The notes below the pieces were generated by a model. That model searched no databases. It saw only the letters and a program-made list of their open reading frames with translations, and was not told the DNA's origin. Positions 26,397 to 39,400 of a stretch of 64,000 bases of DNA are shown piece after piece. The translations under genes and the position numbers were made by a program. The stretch's first letter is position 1; every line of letters begins with the position of its first letter. The stretch lies in the NCBI GenBank assembly GCA_040954595.2, contig CM082587.2, forward strand, positions 8,871,403 to 8,935,402, in the 5' to 3' direction. The stretch comes from Balanoglossus misakiensis (lineage: Eukaryota > Animalia > Hemichordata).

Positions 26397-26759
26397 TTAA
26401 AACCATTGCCACTCGAGTGTATTTGCGACCATACCTATACATATTCCATGAATGTCAAATATCATATTTGCATACCCATTTGCAACGACGCACAGGAAAC
26501 AGGCACCTGTCAGGCAACGAAGAAATAACAGAATCAAATCCCTGAGAGAAAGATACATGGAACCACGGCCAAAAGACCAAGAAGTGATGTCACGTGTTTC
26601 GAAAATAGTCAGCATTGTGTCCCACACGTGACATTTTCCACAATACATGTATGTGATCAATATGTAATAAAGTAGGAAGCAGTCAAAATGGAAAGAGAAC
26701 TGTCACCAATGCCACCAACGATCATTTGTCTAAGATAGACTTTGTACTAAGCGCATGGC

Positions 26760-27085
26760 ACCTGGCGAAAAAGGGTCTTATGTAGGAAGAACCTGCGTCT
26801 ATGACGAACTTGCATGATAAGCTTGCAAGTCTTTGTCCAAAATCACCATAATGAACTGTATCCCTTTGTATAATGAATAAGCTTGGAAATGTATACCCCA
26901 TAGACTGGTGACTGTGGATTATTGCTGTCAAAGTTTGGGAAATTGACGGTGGTAAAGTTGAAAACATCTCTCTTTTCACATAGCCTTGTAGAATGGTGAC
27001 CTTTAGAGTCAAATTGAAAAATAACCCTCCCAGATATGAAGCAGAAGAACCGATGCTGTAATTTCCTTAATAACCTCCAATTCCA
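26760..27085 (-). pseudogene. Penelope-like retroelement RT thumb/C-terminal remnant (Naiad-type motifs)
   Basis: Minus-strand translation ELEVIKEITAS / SSASYL / DSKGHHSTRLCEKRDVFNFTTVNFPNFDSNNPQSPVYGVYISKLIHYTKGYS matches the TRLYDKRDDFNF.IVNFP.L.SNIP.SPAYGVYISQLIRYARACS signature. Confidence 0.8.
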
Positions 27086-27590
27086 TTATAATGCAATAGA
27101 CGTCTAACGTATAGTTGACCAGCAATACGTCGAAATTCATGTCTCAGATGTAAAAATATACAAAATGTGTATAGATTACAAGTTTATAATAAACTGAATT
27201 GGATGAATGACATATCAAATTCATTATTGAAAAAAATCTGAATAAGACATCGAATGTTGAGGTAAATGCATAAGTGGATTTTAAATAAAGTAACCCAAAG
27301 ACACTCGATTTATAGACTATATCATTGTGGGGGTGTGGTATCGCATTTTAAATGTTGATTTGGGTCAAAGTTCACTGTCAAACGGCTTGGTTTGTCTCAC
27401 ACCGACACTTATTGCAGGAAACACGCCGCGGTGAAAATCCGCTTGCTCGCGTGATGCGAACTATTTTTTTTTCTTTTCGTTGCAAATAACAACTGTTTGT
27501 CTGTTTGCCTTATTTATATTTTGCTAAAACAATCCGAAGGAATGTAACTCATGCAGAATTGTACAACAATGAACTAGATGTTTAGTTTTA

Positions 27591-27902
27591 AGCAATAAAA
27601 CACCCCCAGCCATGGTATACCACGAGATTTTGACCAGTTCACGACATATACGCACGAGCGATAGCGAGTGCGTATATGGAGTTGAACTGGTCAAAATCGA
27701 GTGGTATACCATGGCTGGGGGTGTTTTATTGCTATTATATTATGCCAGTATATTGAAACTTTGCATAAAACATTTTAAAAAGGCATTTTCTTTGACTATG
27801 ATATATGACTGTGGTATATGGCTAATATATCACGGTCACGTGTCGTGTCTCGACCAATCAAATAGCGTGATTTACACCATCACTATACTGGTATAATATA
27901 AT
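27591..27902 (+). mobile_element. Crypton-like non-autonomous hairpin element (copy 2, different family from copy 1)
   Basis: A 143-bp palindrome at 27591-27733 beginning AGCAATAAAACAC and centred on GCACGAGCGATAGCGAGTGC. It is followed by an 18/19 inverted repeat (27734-27752 / 27884-27902) with a CCAATCA motif near the 3' end. Confidence 0.7.
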
Positions 27903-30440
27903 TGTCGATACATAATACTTTTGAATTGAATTTGAAAGAGAGAAATTAAGTAAGCCCATAACAAATAATCGTTTCTTTTGTGTGAGCTTTTAGAAAGCGG
28001 CATTGACTGTCGAAATTAAAATCTCTTTCAATGATTAAATACCGAAACTGAGATGTTTATGTTGTACGTGTCCAATTTGGTTTCGAGTGAACTAGGTAGA
28101 TCATACTGAAATTCAGATACCCTGTTTTTGTAAATTGTGCTTTATAAGAGGTATTACGTTTATTTAAATGGTAAACACGGCTTTGAAGAAAATCCAACAG
28201 ATAACACGCGGCACCAGGACATTCACTGTATCAAACTTCCTGCAACGGTCAACGTAAATTTATGAACGTTACCTTACCTGGCCCCATTAAAAAGAATTCA
28301 TGTCATAATTTTCAGTGGCAAGATACTCGTGTCAACCCTGTGCGATATATAGCTGACACAAGTAAATATTTAACGGGTTTTTCAACATGCCCTCCAAAAC
28401 TGTATTACACAACCATTCTTGGACAATTTCATTACACAGTTCAATGGAAAGTGTGTTCTCAACAGGCAAATTTATACTGACTGTGAAATATTATCTGCAG
28501 GAAGTGAATCAGAATAATTGTATTAGGATTGTAATGGATATGTATTCAAATGAGAGCCTGGCATACATCGATGGTATAACGCCGTGACAAAGATTCTTTA
28601 GTTACAGATAATGTGCAACTCTACGCCACACACAGCAGGTTACCAGCCTCCATGGTTTTGATTAAATTTACGCTTCCGGGTTTCACCAACATTCTTTGAA
28701 AGACTGGCCTTTTAATCAATTAAACCAGGTTGCTATTCAGTCACATGTAAAGTGTCCCCTGCAGTTGGCTTGAATCCACTTCTCGCTTCACGCACGATAC
28801 TTTTTTTGGATTTTTTGTTTGACATCAAGGCGATATTGAACGATCCTATTACTTTGCTGCAGATTTGACAAGGAATTCGTTGGAAATCGATAGAAGGACT
28901 GCAATGCTGCCAATAATTTACAAAGTGTTAATATGTGATAGTTTAAATCAAAGGACAATAAATGAATGAACATGACGAAATCTGACAGAAGATAGTTTTG
29001 ATGTCTTGTGTAGCGCATTACATAATACATCTCAAAGCCACGACGAAATCCCCAATCCTACATGGACCAAAGTAGCACGACTCTGGTCCGACATAGCGTG
29101 TCTGCATTGATTATTGTAATCTGACTTAACACCTACACCTCTGTAGAGTTGGTCGGCGTTAATTTTCGGATGTGAAAATCACTACTCCCTCTATAAAACG
29201 TCTATCCTTAGGAAATCCGATAATGCAATTACCTGTGGTGCCAACGAGTCTTTAAAGCAATTGTATACGATGGCGCTTAACTGCTATAATACAAATCGTT
29301 CGTTATGTCTATGCTTCATAGTGGTTTGGTGTCTGTTGATGTTAGAAGGTACCCTCCGTTAAATATTCTGGTGCAAACAGCAAAGAAGCAAAATGTAGGG
29401 TATGTTTGCTCTTTCACTTCTGTGCCATGCGCAGTCACAATCTCTCTCGGTGTATCACCACCAACCAAACGTGTGTTCGTACGCTTTACTTTTGGTTTGT
29501 CTCATACTGTTACAGGTCTTGATTAAAACGTCCCTATTATCGAACCCCTTTGTTTTTATGTTCCATTTTGACATGTCTACTTGACACTGTTATTGTTCCT
29601 TTGGAATTATTAAAAAAAAACTCGTAAGTATCTCAAATTAGGAGATATTTTGGTGCAGTGGCCAAAGTCTCGATCCCACGTCGTCGGAGCTTGAGGAGTT
29701 GGAGACCCTGGACAAAGACTGATGCTGTGCCCATAAACAGGCTTATGCGGGCAATGCACATTATGCCTCGGCCAGATTTCAAGGCTGCGTACCTCATCCT
29801 GTCAACGGCCTTATTACGAGTTATGGACGACGACGGATTAGCAAATCTCACGTGATTTTACCAATATTGTGCAACAAAATGTTATTGATTGTCGATAATA
29901 TACTTTTAGCAGCAATAAACGTCAACTAGATGTCACCAAAAGTGATGTTATTCTTGTTTAACCGCGATCGTCCAAATATTGTTAACGTTGCACTAAAGGT
30001 AAAACAAACAACTTCCATGTAAACTAATGCTTTAAATGAGATATCAACTTACAGAAGGGGCGTCAAACCTAAATTATACCACGCGGTCGCATACATGATC
30101 GCTTTAAGGGGTTTGGCCAGAGAAACATCAATTTAGCATATTATGTTATTGACATGATATATAAGATATACTCGTCAGTTACTGTGCCAAATGCCACAAG
30201 AGAGAAACACAAGCCATTATGTAATTTATATTTACGAATATTTGGGAGGGATGATAGTGTAAGGAGTTAACTCTTGAAAATTGTGGAAGGCCTAATACAT
30301 TCATGTAGCATATTTTCAACTGCCCTTTCTGCTTGCAAGAAATATCAAACTGTGTAATATAATCTTGTGTCTATACTAGTTTATATCTCTGGTATCGCCA
30401 TTTAAATAGTAGTGATCAATAAATGATGGCCATGCAATAA

Positions 30441-30729
30441 GGCAAACATAAAAAAATATGTGCTGTTCATATTACCCGACCTAGCCTAATTTTAACCCGT
30501 CGACCCTAACCATTTTAGAGCTTCGTAAACCCGGAAGTTAAAACAACGATGTCAAATATTCAAAATGTATGAAAATTGCGCGAATCATGCGAGAACGATG
30601 ACGAAATCGCGCGCATTACGCAAGAACTATGACATCATTCTTCCACGCTACGGCGGCCAGAGAAAAAAATTGCAACTACCTATACCTACCCTACTTTTGA
30701 TCGGAACAGCACATATTATTTTTGTTGCC
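30441..30729 (+). mobile_element. MITE family F (PIF/Harbinger-like), complete copy
   Basis: TAA-GGCAAAC.TAAAAAAATATGTGCTGTTC ... GAACAGCACATATTATTTTTGTTGCC-TAA: a 3-bp TAA TSD with GGC..GCC termini. Confidence 0.72.
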
Positions 30730-32490
30730 TAATGGAGGTTCTGGGTGAGGAGTTAGAACCAATCGGAAATATTAATACATATTTGATCCTCCAGATTATC
30801 TCATGAAGGGTTTCAAACTATTTGAAAATACATTTTGATTGGAATAATGTCTGATAAATAATGTTGACAAGTGACTGATCAAAATTGTGCCATGTGTTAG
30901 AATTAAAATTTGAGACTACAGTTACACGTTATTAATGTGTATAAGCCTAAGTGCAGTATGAATGCCAATAAATTGATAACTATTATCCTCATTCGACATA
31001 CACCACACGTAGCCATGGTCACGAGAATGTTCATTAAATTCCCAGTCAATCACCTTTCAATGACCTTTCAAGGCTCCAATTTATATGTGGATATCCTTCT
31101 CTCCTAAACAAACACACATTTCTAAAGCATTTCCGGGGAGAGACTGTGACACCCCACTATAGCTGTCACAACGAGATACATGTTGGCCTACAGCTGACAC
31201 AAGCCGATCAATCGCGACAGATAATGATGCACAGAATTCCCATTTTTCATTATGGTATGACTTTATTTTGCACATCATCGGTTCAACGGAGATAACATTG
31301 TTTATAGGTTGTCGTGCACTGGGAGTCAGGATTTCACAACTTTTCTGACTGTAAAGTTTAGAGTTTAAGAGGAACCGGGGAATCTAAATTCTTCAACGTG
31401 TTTACATCATATTTTTTCAACCCATTCCCGGTCCCTTGAAAATATATTATTAGTCACTTGGGTTAATATGATTACTGACAACGATGAAAGATATTTAAGT
31501 TCACTAATTTAATTATTGGTAAGCGCGCCTTTGTGTAAGCACCATGTATTTCTGACTGCTTTGGAAGTGTTAGCTTGTCTCAGCCAGTCATGTCAGAGCA
31601 GAAAGCCCATGTACGTTTAGAAGAGGAAAATGAACATTCAGTTTATAGCCATATTCAATAAATGTTAAGATTCAAATTTGCTTGCATTCTGTAGTGTAAC
31701 ATTGATTCCAAACTAATGTGCGTGAGTTTCTGGTTCCAGGTTCCTCCTCTGATCATGCTAGATTACGAGACCGCGCTTTATGCGAATCGAATCTACTCTT
31801 CTTAATAGTTATTCCGTCAGTAATCCTCCACCCACCTGTGTCGTCTTACCTGTTCGAATCTAGCTACTGATGCGACCTCTGACCTTCCTTGTGAATTACG
31901 GAATGATGCAGTCGTGTGTACCAATGATATTGAATTTCGCACTTGGCCGTATAGACGGCAATTCGATTGGGTGAAATAGGTCACTCAAGTAACTATAATA
32001 ATCTGGGGCATAATTATCACAACTTTAAATTGATGCATCGTTCGATGCATGAGATCCGAGCGCGCAGGGATACAAGATCCATGCCGGGGGAGGGGTAACA
32101 ACATCCGGCATGCACTCTGTACGCAAATCAGTTCCGCACATTTTCGTTTGTCCGTCCGCGTGTCATATGTACAGCAAACTTTCACTGATAATCCAATTTG
32201 AGAGTGTCTATACTTCTTAAGCGCTGCTGCGTCGTTCAACTTACTTGCGAGCGTTGTCGACAAGCTGTCGGCCTGGCGACGTCACGTAATCACTAAAGTA
32301 CATTAAAGTTGAGAGCGCAAGTTGACAAATAAAAACGTAGTACCACGAAAATGTTAGATATTTGAACATTTTGAGATACTTTTATAATACTCAAGACGTT
32401 TCTATTAATATTATTTATCTCCTGCACACATGTACACCAGAGATATGTTTTTATTTTCAAGGGGAATATTTACATTTCTACCCTGATTTA

Positions 32491-32763
32491 GATCGTCACA
32501 CGCGCATGCGCGTAAATTCCCAGAAAATAGTGGACTGCCTTAGCTTCCTTCCATATTTCATGCGCACCGTATAAGTAGATTCTGGTTTTGTCCCTCCTTT
32601 TCACCCAAGCTGGTGTCTTTTCCCGATCTCCGACACAGATTATGGTCGCCGCCATCTTCAATGTTGTTAGGACAGAGCACTGCCTTAGTGGGATTGACTA
32701 TTCACTAAACGTCTGTAACCAGCGGCTACAGCTGGAACATATGTGTGAGACGAGCTAGGCGCT
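32491..32763 (+). mobile_element. MITE family D, copy 3 (left end eroded)
   Basis: Shares tgttgttaggacag..cactgcctta..g.attgact and tgtaaccag with copy 1, and the ggtcgccgccatctt block with copy 2; ends gct-TTAA. Confidence 0.7.
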
Positions 32764-32829
32764 TTAAGACTGCAAGATAGGTTGTTTTGTCTCTGGAAAA
32801 TCACCATAATGAATTACATGCTCCTGTAA

Positions 32830-33475
32830 AGCGGGGTTACGCTACTGACACATTCACAGAAAGTCAATCCATATCAATAATAACACCAAGATCTCTGATG
32901 CTGTTGACTTTCTCTAAAATACCCAGTTTATATGGAAAAGAAACAATTGACTGGAATTACGACTCAACAGCAAGTTTTGGACCAGCTAACAGTACTGTTG
33001 ATATCAGATTGCAAGGTTAAAGAAACACCGATATCAGATATATATATATATATATATATACACACTCATGTCATCATCAGCAAAAAGAAACGAATCAGGA
33101 AGAGGATGCCATTGATAAAATAATGAACGAAAGCAGACCAAGATTACACACTCGAGAGACACAGGCACTGTGGATAATAACCCTATTAGGAATATACGAT
33201 TCGAACCATATAAGACAAAACCTTGAAAACCCAATGAAGTTGACTCATGAGTGGTGGTTGGTATTGTCATACGCCTTTTGCAAAATCAGAGTAATACCCA
33301 TTGTGATTTGTTATTGATTGCTGTGGGAAAATCTTTTATAAAATAGATTAGTCGCAAACACTTGATTTACTTGGGACACAGCCGTGCTAATTAGAACATA
33401 TGGCATTGGATAAATTGTGTGATAGTTGTCTGTGAACCATCTTTTTTAAAAGTTTGGGGCAGACAAGAGGTAAAA
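32830..33475 (-). pseudogene. CR1/L2/Jockey-group LINE reverse transcriptase remnant
   Basis: Colinear minus-strand motifs with frameshifts: PKLLKKMVHRQL..., *HGCVPSKS..TNL, YSDFAK/AYDNTNH, IWFESYIPNR, NLGLLSFII, SFLFADD (catalytic), YKLGILEKVNSIRDLGVIID/LTF. A (TA)n tract interrupts it at about 33039-33060. Confidence 0.8.
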
Positions 33476-36400
33476 TATCCGATTCAGCTACAGCCTTGCT
33501 ATCACAAGTACGTTCAGAGGCATGCGATTGCTGGCTGAAATAGTATGACAGAACTCTATATCATGTGCGTGCGATCTGTGCCGTGTACAAGTTATTTTCA
33601 GGAGTGATGCGTGGTATTCAATATTTACAAGCAGAAAGCTGTTCCCCGTTATATTTTCATATGCTCATGAAATGCCGAAATTATTTTAATGGCCACGAGA
33701 CTATTTTTAAAACGTGTACCGTAACTATCATGAGAAATAATTTTATTTATTCGTGATGCCAAAGATAATTTAAAATAGAGCGAACTTTTCATTTTAACAC
33801 GATTTCAACGATGACTTTTTTGTCTCATTTGCATATTACATGTAGAGAATACCAGTTTCATTTTGCCAGAAAATAAAACGAACTAAACGGTAGTACATAT
33901 GCAATAATGTCCGGAATCGCTTCGGATTAAATGCTGTTTCCCCTGCCAAGATTTTCATATGAAGGTTGTAATTGTCCTAACCTTATGTTAAAAAGTATGG
34001 CAAATTTGATTTTATCTCCCCTGATAATATAACGATTTTACCTCCAAGATCTCCAGTAAGCCTCCTTAGTTTTTTAGAGGTAACAGACCTCATTATTGAA
34101 CCACAGCGGAACTGGCATTTTTACTGAACTAAGGGAACATTGGTATTGAAAATCAATTGTCATAGAACAATTGGCATTAATTGTGTACAGAGTCAGACAA
34201 CAAACAACACCATAGAATATCATGAAGGTCGACTTTGATTGATTATGAGTAGAAATATTAAACGTAATACATGAAATCTAACCAGTTCTCACCACTATAC
34301 TTACAAATGAAGACAAAACTGGATGTTGCTTCCTCTGATAGTATTTGTGATGTGCCGATTTAAAGAAGAGTTACTAAATATGTTGTCAATAAAGTATATA
34401 TTAACGTTTTTTAGATGCGGTCAGAAATGAAGGGAAGGACCAGTTAATAGCTGGCAGATTGAATTCTCCATTAGAATTAAATTGCTATCATCATCATAAA
34501 CCGTTGACATTGAGTTTCCAATTGAGTGAGTGAAGTGGAGTCTTCACTTGTTGGGTGATAATACACTCCAAGTGAAAGGTACAAATACGTGTATCAGTGC
34601 TTTTAATTTGGACCCACACAATTTCATTGTCAGTTTTAAATTAAGGACGTCTCCTAAAGATATTTTAAGGTTGAACACGGACGAGTACTCCGGCCGCCAA
34701 CTATTTTGTTCTCACGATCTGGAAATATAGCTGTTCGTTTTCTATACCTTGATTCAACCTGGTTTAATTTGTGGGCCAGGGTTTGGTTGTATATTTCCAC
34801 TGGTGTTGAAATGTCAAATTGAGCAAATCTAGTCGATGCGTTCACAAGAAAATTGTAAAACATAACTTTGGATATTTATGTTCAAACTGTACCATCCTGG
34901 TGGCACCATTGCATATTGGAACGCTGTCTGGATACTTCAGTATAGGACTGAACAGATATCTGGTAATGACTGACATAACACTACACACGCTAAGCATTGA
35001 GGTGTCGATGTAGACTAAAGACGTGAATGCTAACACCTTGGATGGATGTTTATGGGGTTATCTACAGAGAATCAGTGTCATTCTAATGAGGCAACTGTAA
35101 AGATAACAAGTCAGATAGAAACATGACTGCCATAAAGACATCTATTGTCAACCACGTTCATGCATACATAAAGGAGCTGTATGCATACACGCACATATGC
35201 ACAATGTCCGACAAAGCGGTCAACTTGGGTTAAAAAGAAGAATCATATATGTGTGAAAATGGAAAGGTAAGTGTAATCTCAAATCTATTAATGCTCATAT
35301 ACATAAGTGTCTCCTTATCAATTGGAAACTGATGTAATGTTTGGATAATTCTATGGACATGATCGTTTGCGCTCAGAAATTGAGATACCTGTATTGACCA
35401 GTGCTTGCAGTTGAAAATATTGATTGTTGTACAGGCGCCAAAACAGACAGGAAATCACACTGTGTACTATTGGCAGAAAGTAGTGAGTTTAGTTTACATA
35501 GGAACTGTACATTTATATAATGATCGTGTGAATTCCACGAATTTTGATATCAATATCAAATCAACATTTTATCTTTTCATGTTCGCATTGCCTTCAGTGT
35601 GAATGGCACATGCGCAAAAGTGTGCCAGGAAATGGTCATTCGAACTCTTAGACACGCCCCTTTGACTATATATGGGCATAAACAAGTTATATGGAAGTCG
35701 GCGTGAAGCAATCTCGATTCACCCATGAATGAAAACAACAAACTCCATATAAGTGCCAGAATATAGTGTTTCATTATTAAAAGGGATCCATCTGAAATTT
35801 ACAGCAAATTGAATTTTGCAGAATATGATTTGATATTGATTAAAACTAGCGGGCAAGATGTTACAGAGATTGCTATATGCAACCGACTCTAGGGGTAGAT
35901 ATCATGTCATGGAAGGGTCAATAGGAAGCATGCACAATTTGAATTAATCTAGTTTAACGTTTACTTTAAAAGGTCATTATTTTGATACATTGGCATTAAG
36001 GGAAATGTCTTCGCTGAGAGGTGACGATGGGCTCCATAAATAATGAAAAGTCGCCAGAACTCTGGTGTTTTCTCTAAGTATTCATGTGTACCAGATGAAA
36101 TATAAATGTCGTATAATGTATGGTGCTTATCACGTTTTTGCCCAGTGGGAAAATGCTGTATATCTCTGAGAATACCGGGATCACATGCTGGAGAAAAGAG
36201 GAGCTAATTATTGCAGACCTTATCACTGTTCGCTGAGATATTACAACCCGAGGCAAAACTTTCCGTGCAACGATTTTAAATGCTTATTAGCATTGTTATA
36301 AATCACCCAGTTGTTTAATACGGGTTCGATTAGGGTATCAAATTGCGAGGAAATCGCTTACATTTATTCGATATTCGCGAATCATCGAAAGAGTGTTTGT

Positions 36401-39400
36401 TCATCTTTATTTCATTTCGAATTTATCATTTTACATTATGAATTCATTTCATGCTGAACTACATGTTATATTTATGGAAATCATACATTTGATGGAAATG
36501 GCGGTTATTATGGCCATTATTCACTCTGTGTATCATCAGACAATTTTTATATTAAATCAGAAGCCATATTTAATGTTAAGAAAACACACGTGGTAATTCT
36601 TAAGCAATCAATAGCATTTCTTTTTAAAATGCCCACTAATATCTGAAGACTATATGATGTTTATCGAGGCATCATAGGCATCATAGACAAAGATTATTGA
36701 ATATGGGCGGGAAAATTGGTCAGATAAATACAATGTACAATAGTCTAAAACAGGCGGCTAGATTTTTAGCGTTGTAACGAGTCCCTGTTGGGACAGTGAT
36801 ATATTGATTTGACGCTGTGGATCCGCCTCAGGTTCCCAGGATCGACTGTCAAACTCCTCCATTCACATATTAGGATTTGCACATCTGCGGAATACGGTAC
36901 CTTTCCCCAAACTAACCACGTTTTTACCTCTCTCGCTCAAGATTATTTAAGTTACTCCACATCTGAAATTATCTACGGGATATATATTACATGTAGCGAT
37001 ATAATTTCTCGTCTCCAATACATGAACAGTCTGTTGGTATAGAATGATTGAAGTGGTAACCATATATCAAAAGCTTGTGTCAGCTCTTAGTGAAATCCAG
37101 AAGTTACAGTCATTTAAATTATACTATGTTTATTGCGTAGCGGGTTTCGGCGATTGGAAGTCTCGCGCATCGCAATTCTGACAAGTCTATTCATTGCATG
37201 TATACATATTTTCTCAAGGAAAAGGTATAATATTTTCAGTTTGTAACCCGAGGTCCCTGTCCCTACTATATCGCTATAATCTTAGGGGAAATGTGAATTA
37301 TATTTAGTATCGTGTTTAAATGTTGACGTCGTCCTTGTCAGCGTTCAACCGCCGAATGTCTATAGCCCTGCTATTACTCCCGACTCATTTAAATTCACAT
37401 AGCGGTTGGTGTGTGATTCAGTCCTAACTTAATATGTCCTATAAAGTCATCGCATGTTTTGACAACTAAACGCGGCGACCGGATTGAACAAACATGCTCA
37501 CTACTTGCTTGTGTGCGGCGACTAGAAGGCCTTGAACTTTTACTTGCAGCTACTGGAAACTTTTCCTTGCGGCTATTGGAAACATCAGCTTTGAATATCA
37601 GAATGAAGCAATATCTCGGTCCTTTGACGGTCCAACTTGTGTCTTTGTGCGTCTCGATATGCGTCACTGTTCAATGCTTACTTTTGCTCAATTTCTGTCA
37701 AATCTGAAAATAGTTATATTAGAGCGGATTCAGGGGAAGTGTAGACTTACTTAAATTTCCGTGTACGTTGCTTGCAAATATTTTGAATAAAATGGCCAAT
37801 GGGTAATATCTTAAGAAATCTGTATATTACTTATCCAATCCCATGCTCTGTACTGTTGGTATACTGCAATTCGCGTGTTATAAAGAGCAGTTAGGGTTAT
37901 CTATTAGTTGTCGCCGTCTGACAGAATTTCGACGTATCGCTTCCAAGCCACAGATGCAGGAGCCGACTTATGGTGAACATAACCTGTGAACGACGAAAAA
38001 AGGCGCAGAACCTAAAACAGTCCCAGCTGGGAATATCTCCTCACAACGGGCAATAGACTCTGTCAACCATATAATACACTTTTTGTTCTGTATCCACGTG
38101 ATTCAGTCGTAGCCAATCAGGAGTACAAAATACTGCGTGACGTGTAATAATATAAATTATTGTCATTATAGACTTTTGTTTACATTGAATTAATTCAATT
38201 TTCTCAGGAAAATCAGTCGTTGCTGACCCATAAAGCAAATGAAGGGACTGTAGGATTGTGTCAGAATCTTTATCAAATATTAAATGTTGAATATATTAAC
38301 AACAAATCAACGCTTTTGACAAAAATAAGCAATTTTCATTTGTTGTTTATTGTATATAAAGACATTATTCTTACAAGGAAACAGAACAACCTGTAACGTT
38401 AATGCAGACCTGCGGACTCTATACGCGCTTGGCTCTGTCAGACTATAATGCTTTCAGTAAAAACCGTGTGCCGACCTTTGGGATATCTAATGGCCGTCTC
38501 TGTGAAAAACTAAGACTTGCATTTCTGCACCCACGTGCAGTGTAGACACCGATTGTTGCAAGAGAGACGTGCTGGAGGTCGGCCGCTGGGTCACAGGTCC
38601 CCAGGTCGTGCCTGGGTAGTGATGTTTCAGTGCCACGTGAAAATTACATCAATCACTTTTCACCGACTAGGGACCATCGGGGAAACTTGGGGCATTCACC
38701 CAACGGCCCGAGCCGTCAAGTTGCAACTGCAATGCACGCTTATATAGTTTGCCCTTTTAGTTGGAATTGGGGACATTTTATTCATCAATAAATTCACTGA
38801 AATCATGCAGAATTTCATCTGATTCTAGCAGGCGAAATAATTGTAAGATAGTGAAGTGGTTGATCGGAATTATGAGGTTTCATATCAATGTTTATAGTTC
38901 AGCAAAACTGTAAGGTCGACATTAACTAATGCCTCACTACTTGTTCCAGAAAAGCAACGCCGTATTATTTTGTAGCATTTAGCAGATAGGCCGCAAGTGC
39001 ATTAAATCAATCAATCAACCGAGAAGATTTATAGAACGCCAGTATCCAATGCAATTATAAAGTTTAGATTTTAAATCCAGCGATGCATATTTACGATCAA
39101 AATGGGTTGTGTTGTCAAGATCGGCGTATTCAGAATATTTATAAACAAGTTGCATATATAAATGTAACATCGCGTTCATTGTCTGTGGATGTAGCAAGTA
39201 TAGGAATTTGAAACCGAAGTACTCCCCAAAATTGTATTCAGTGGCTGTTTTTGTGTAACTTTGTAACCGTAATATAATATTATATAGTTCCTTTGAATCG
39301 AATGGCCTCTGGTACTTGCTTCGGTTTCATTCCAAACGGTCGATGAAACACGCGAATTTGGCACGTGGTAATGTGGCCTGTTATGCATGAAAATAAATGT

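Noticed and set aside
29640-29855. Phospholipase A2-like string WCSG...ETLDKD*CCAHKQAY
   Set aside because: It has an in-frame stop, lacks the catalytic His-Asp pair (HK instead), and has no convincing splice sites.
34654-34863. KIVGG serine-protease activation motif in a minus-strand ORF
   Set aside because: No following PW...L or CGG motif, and no protease exons nearby; likely chance.
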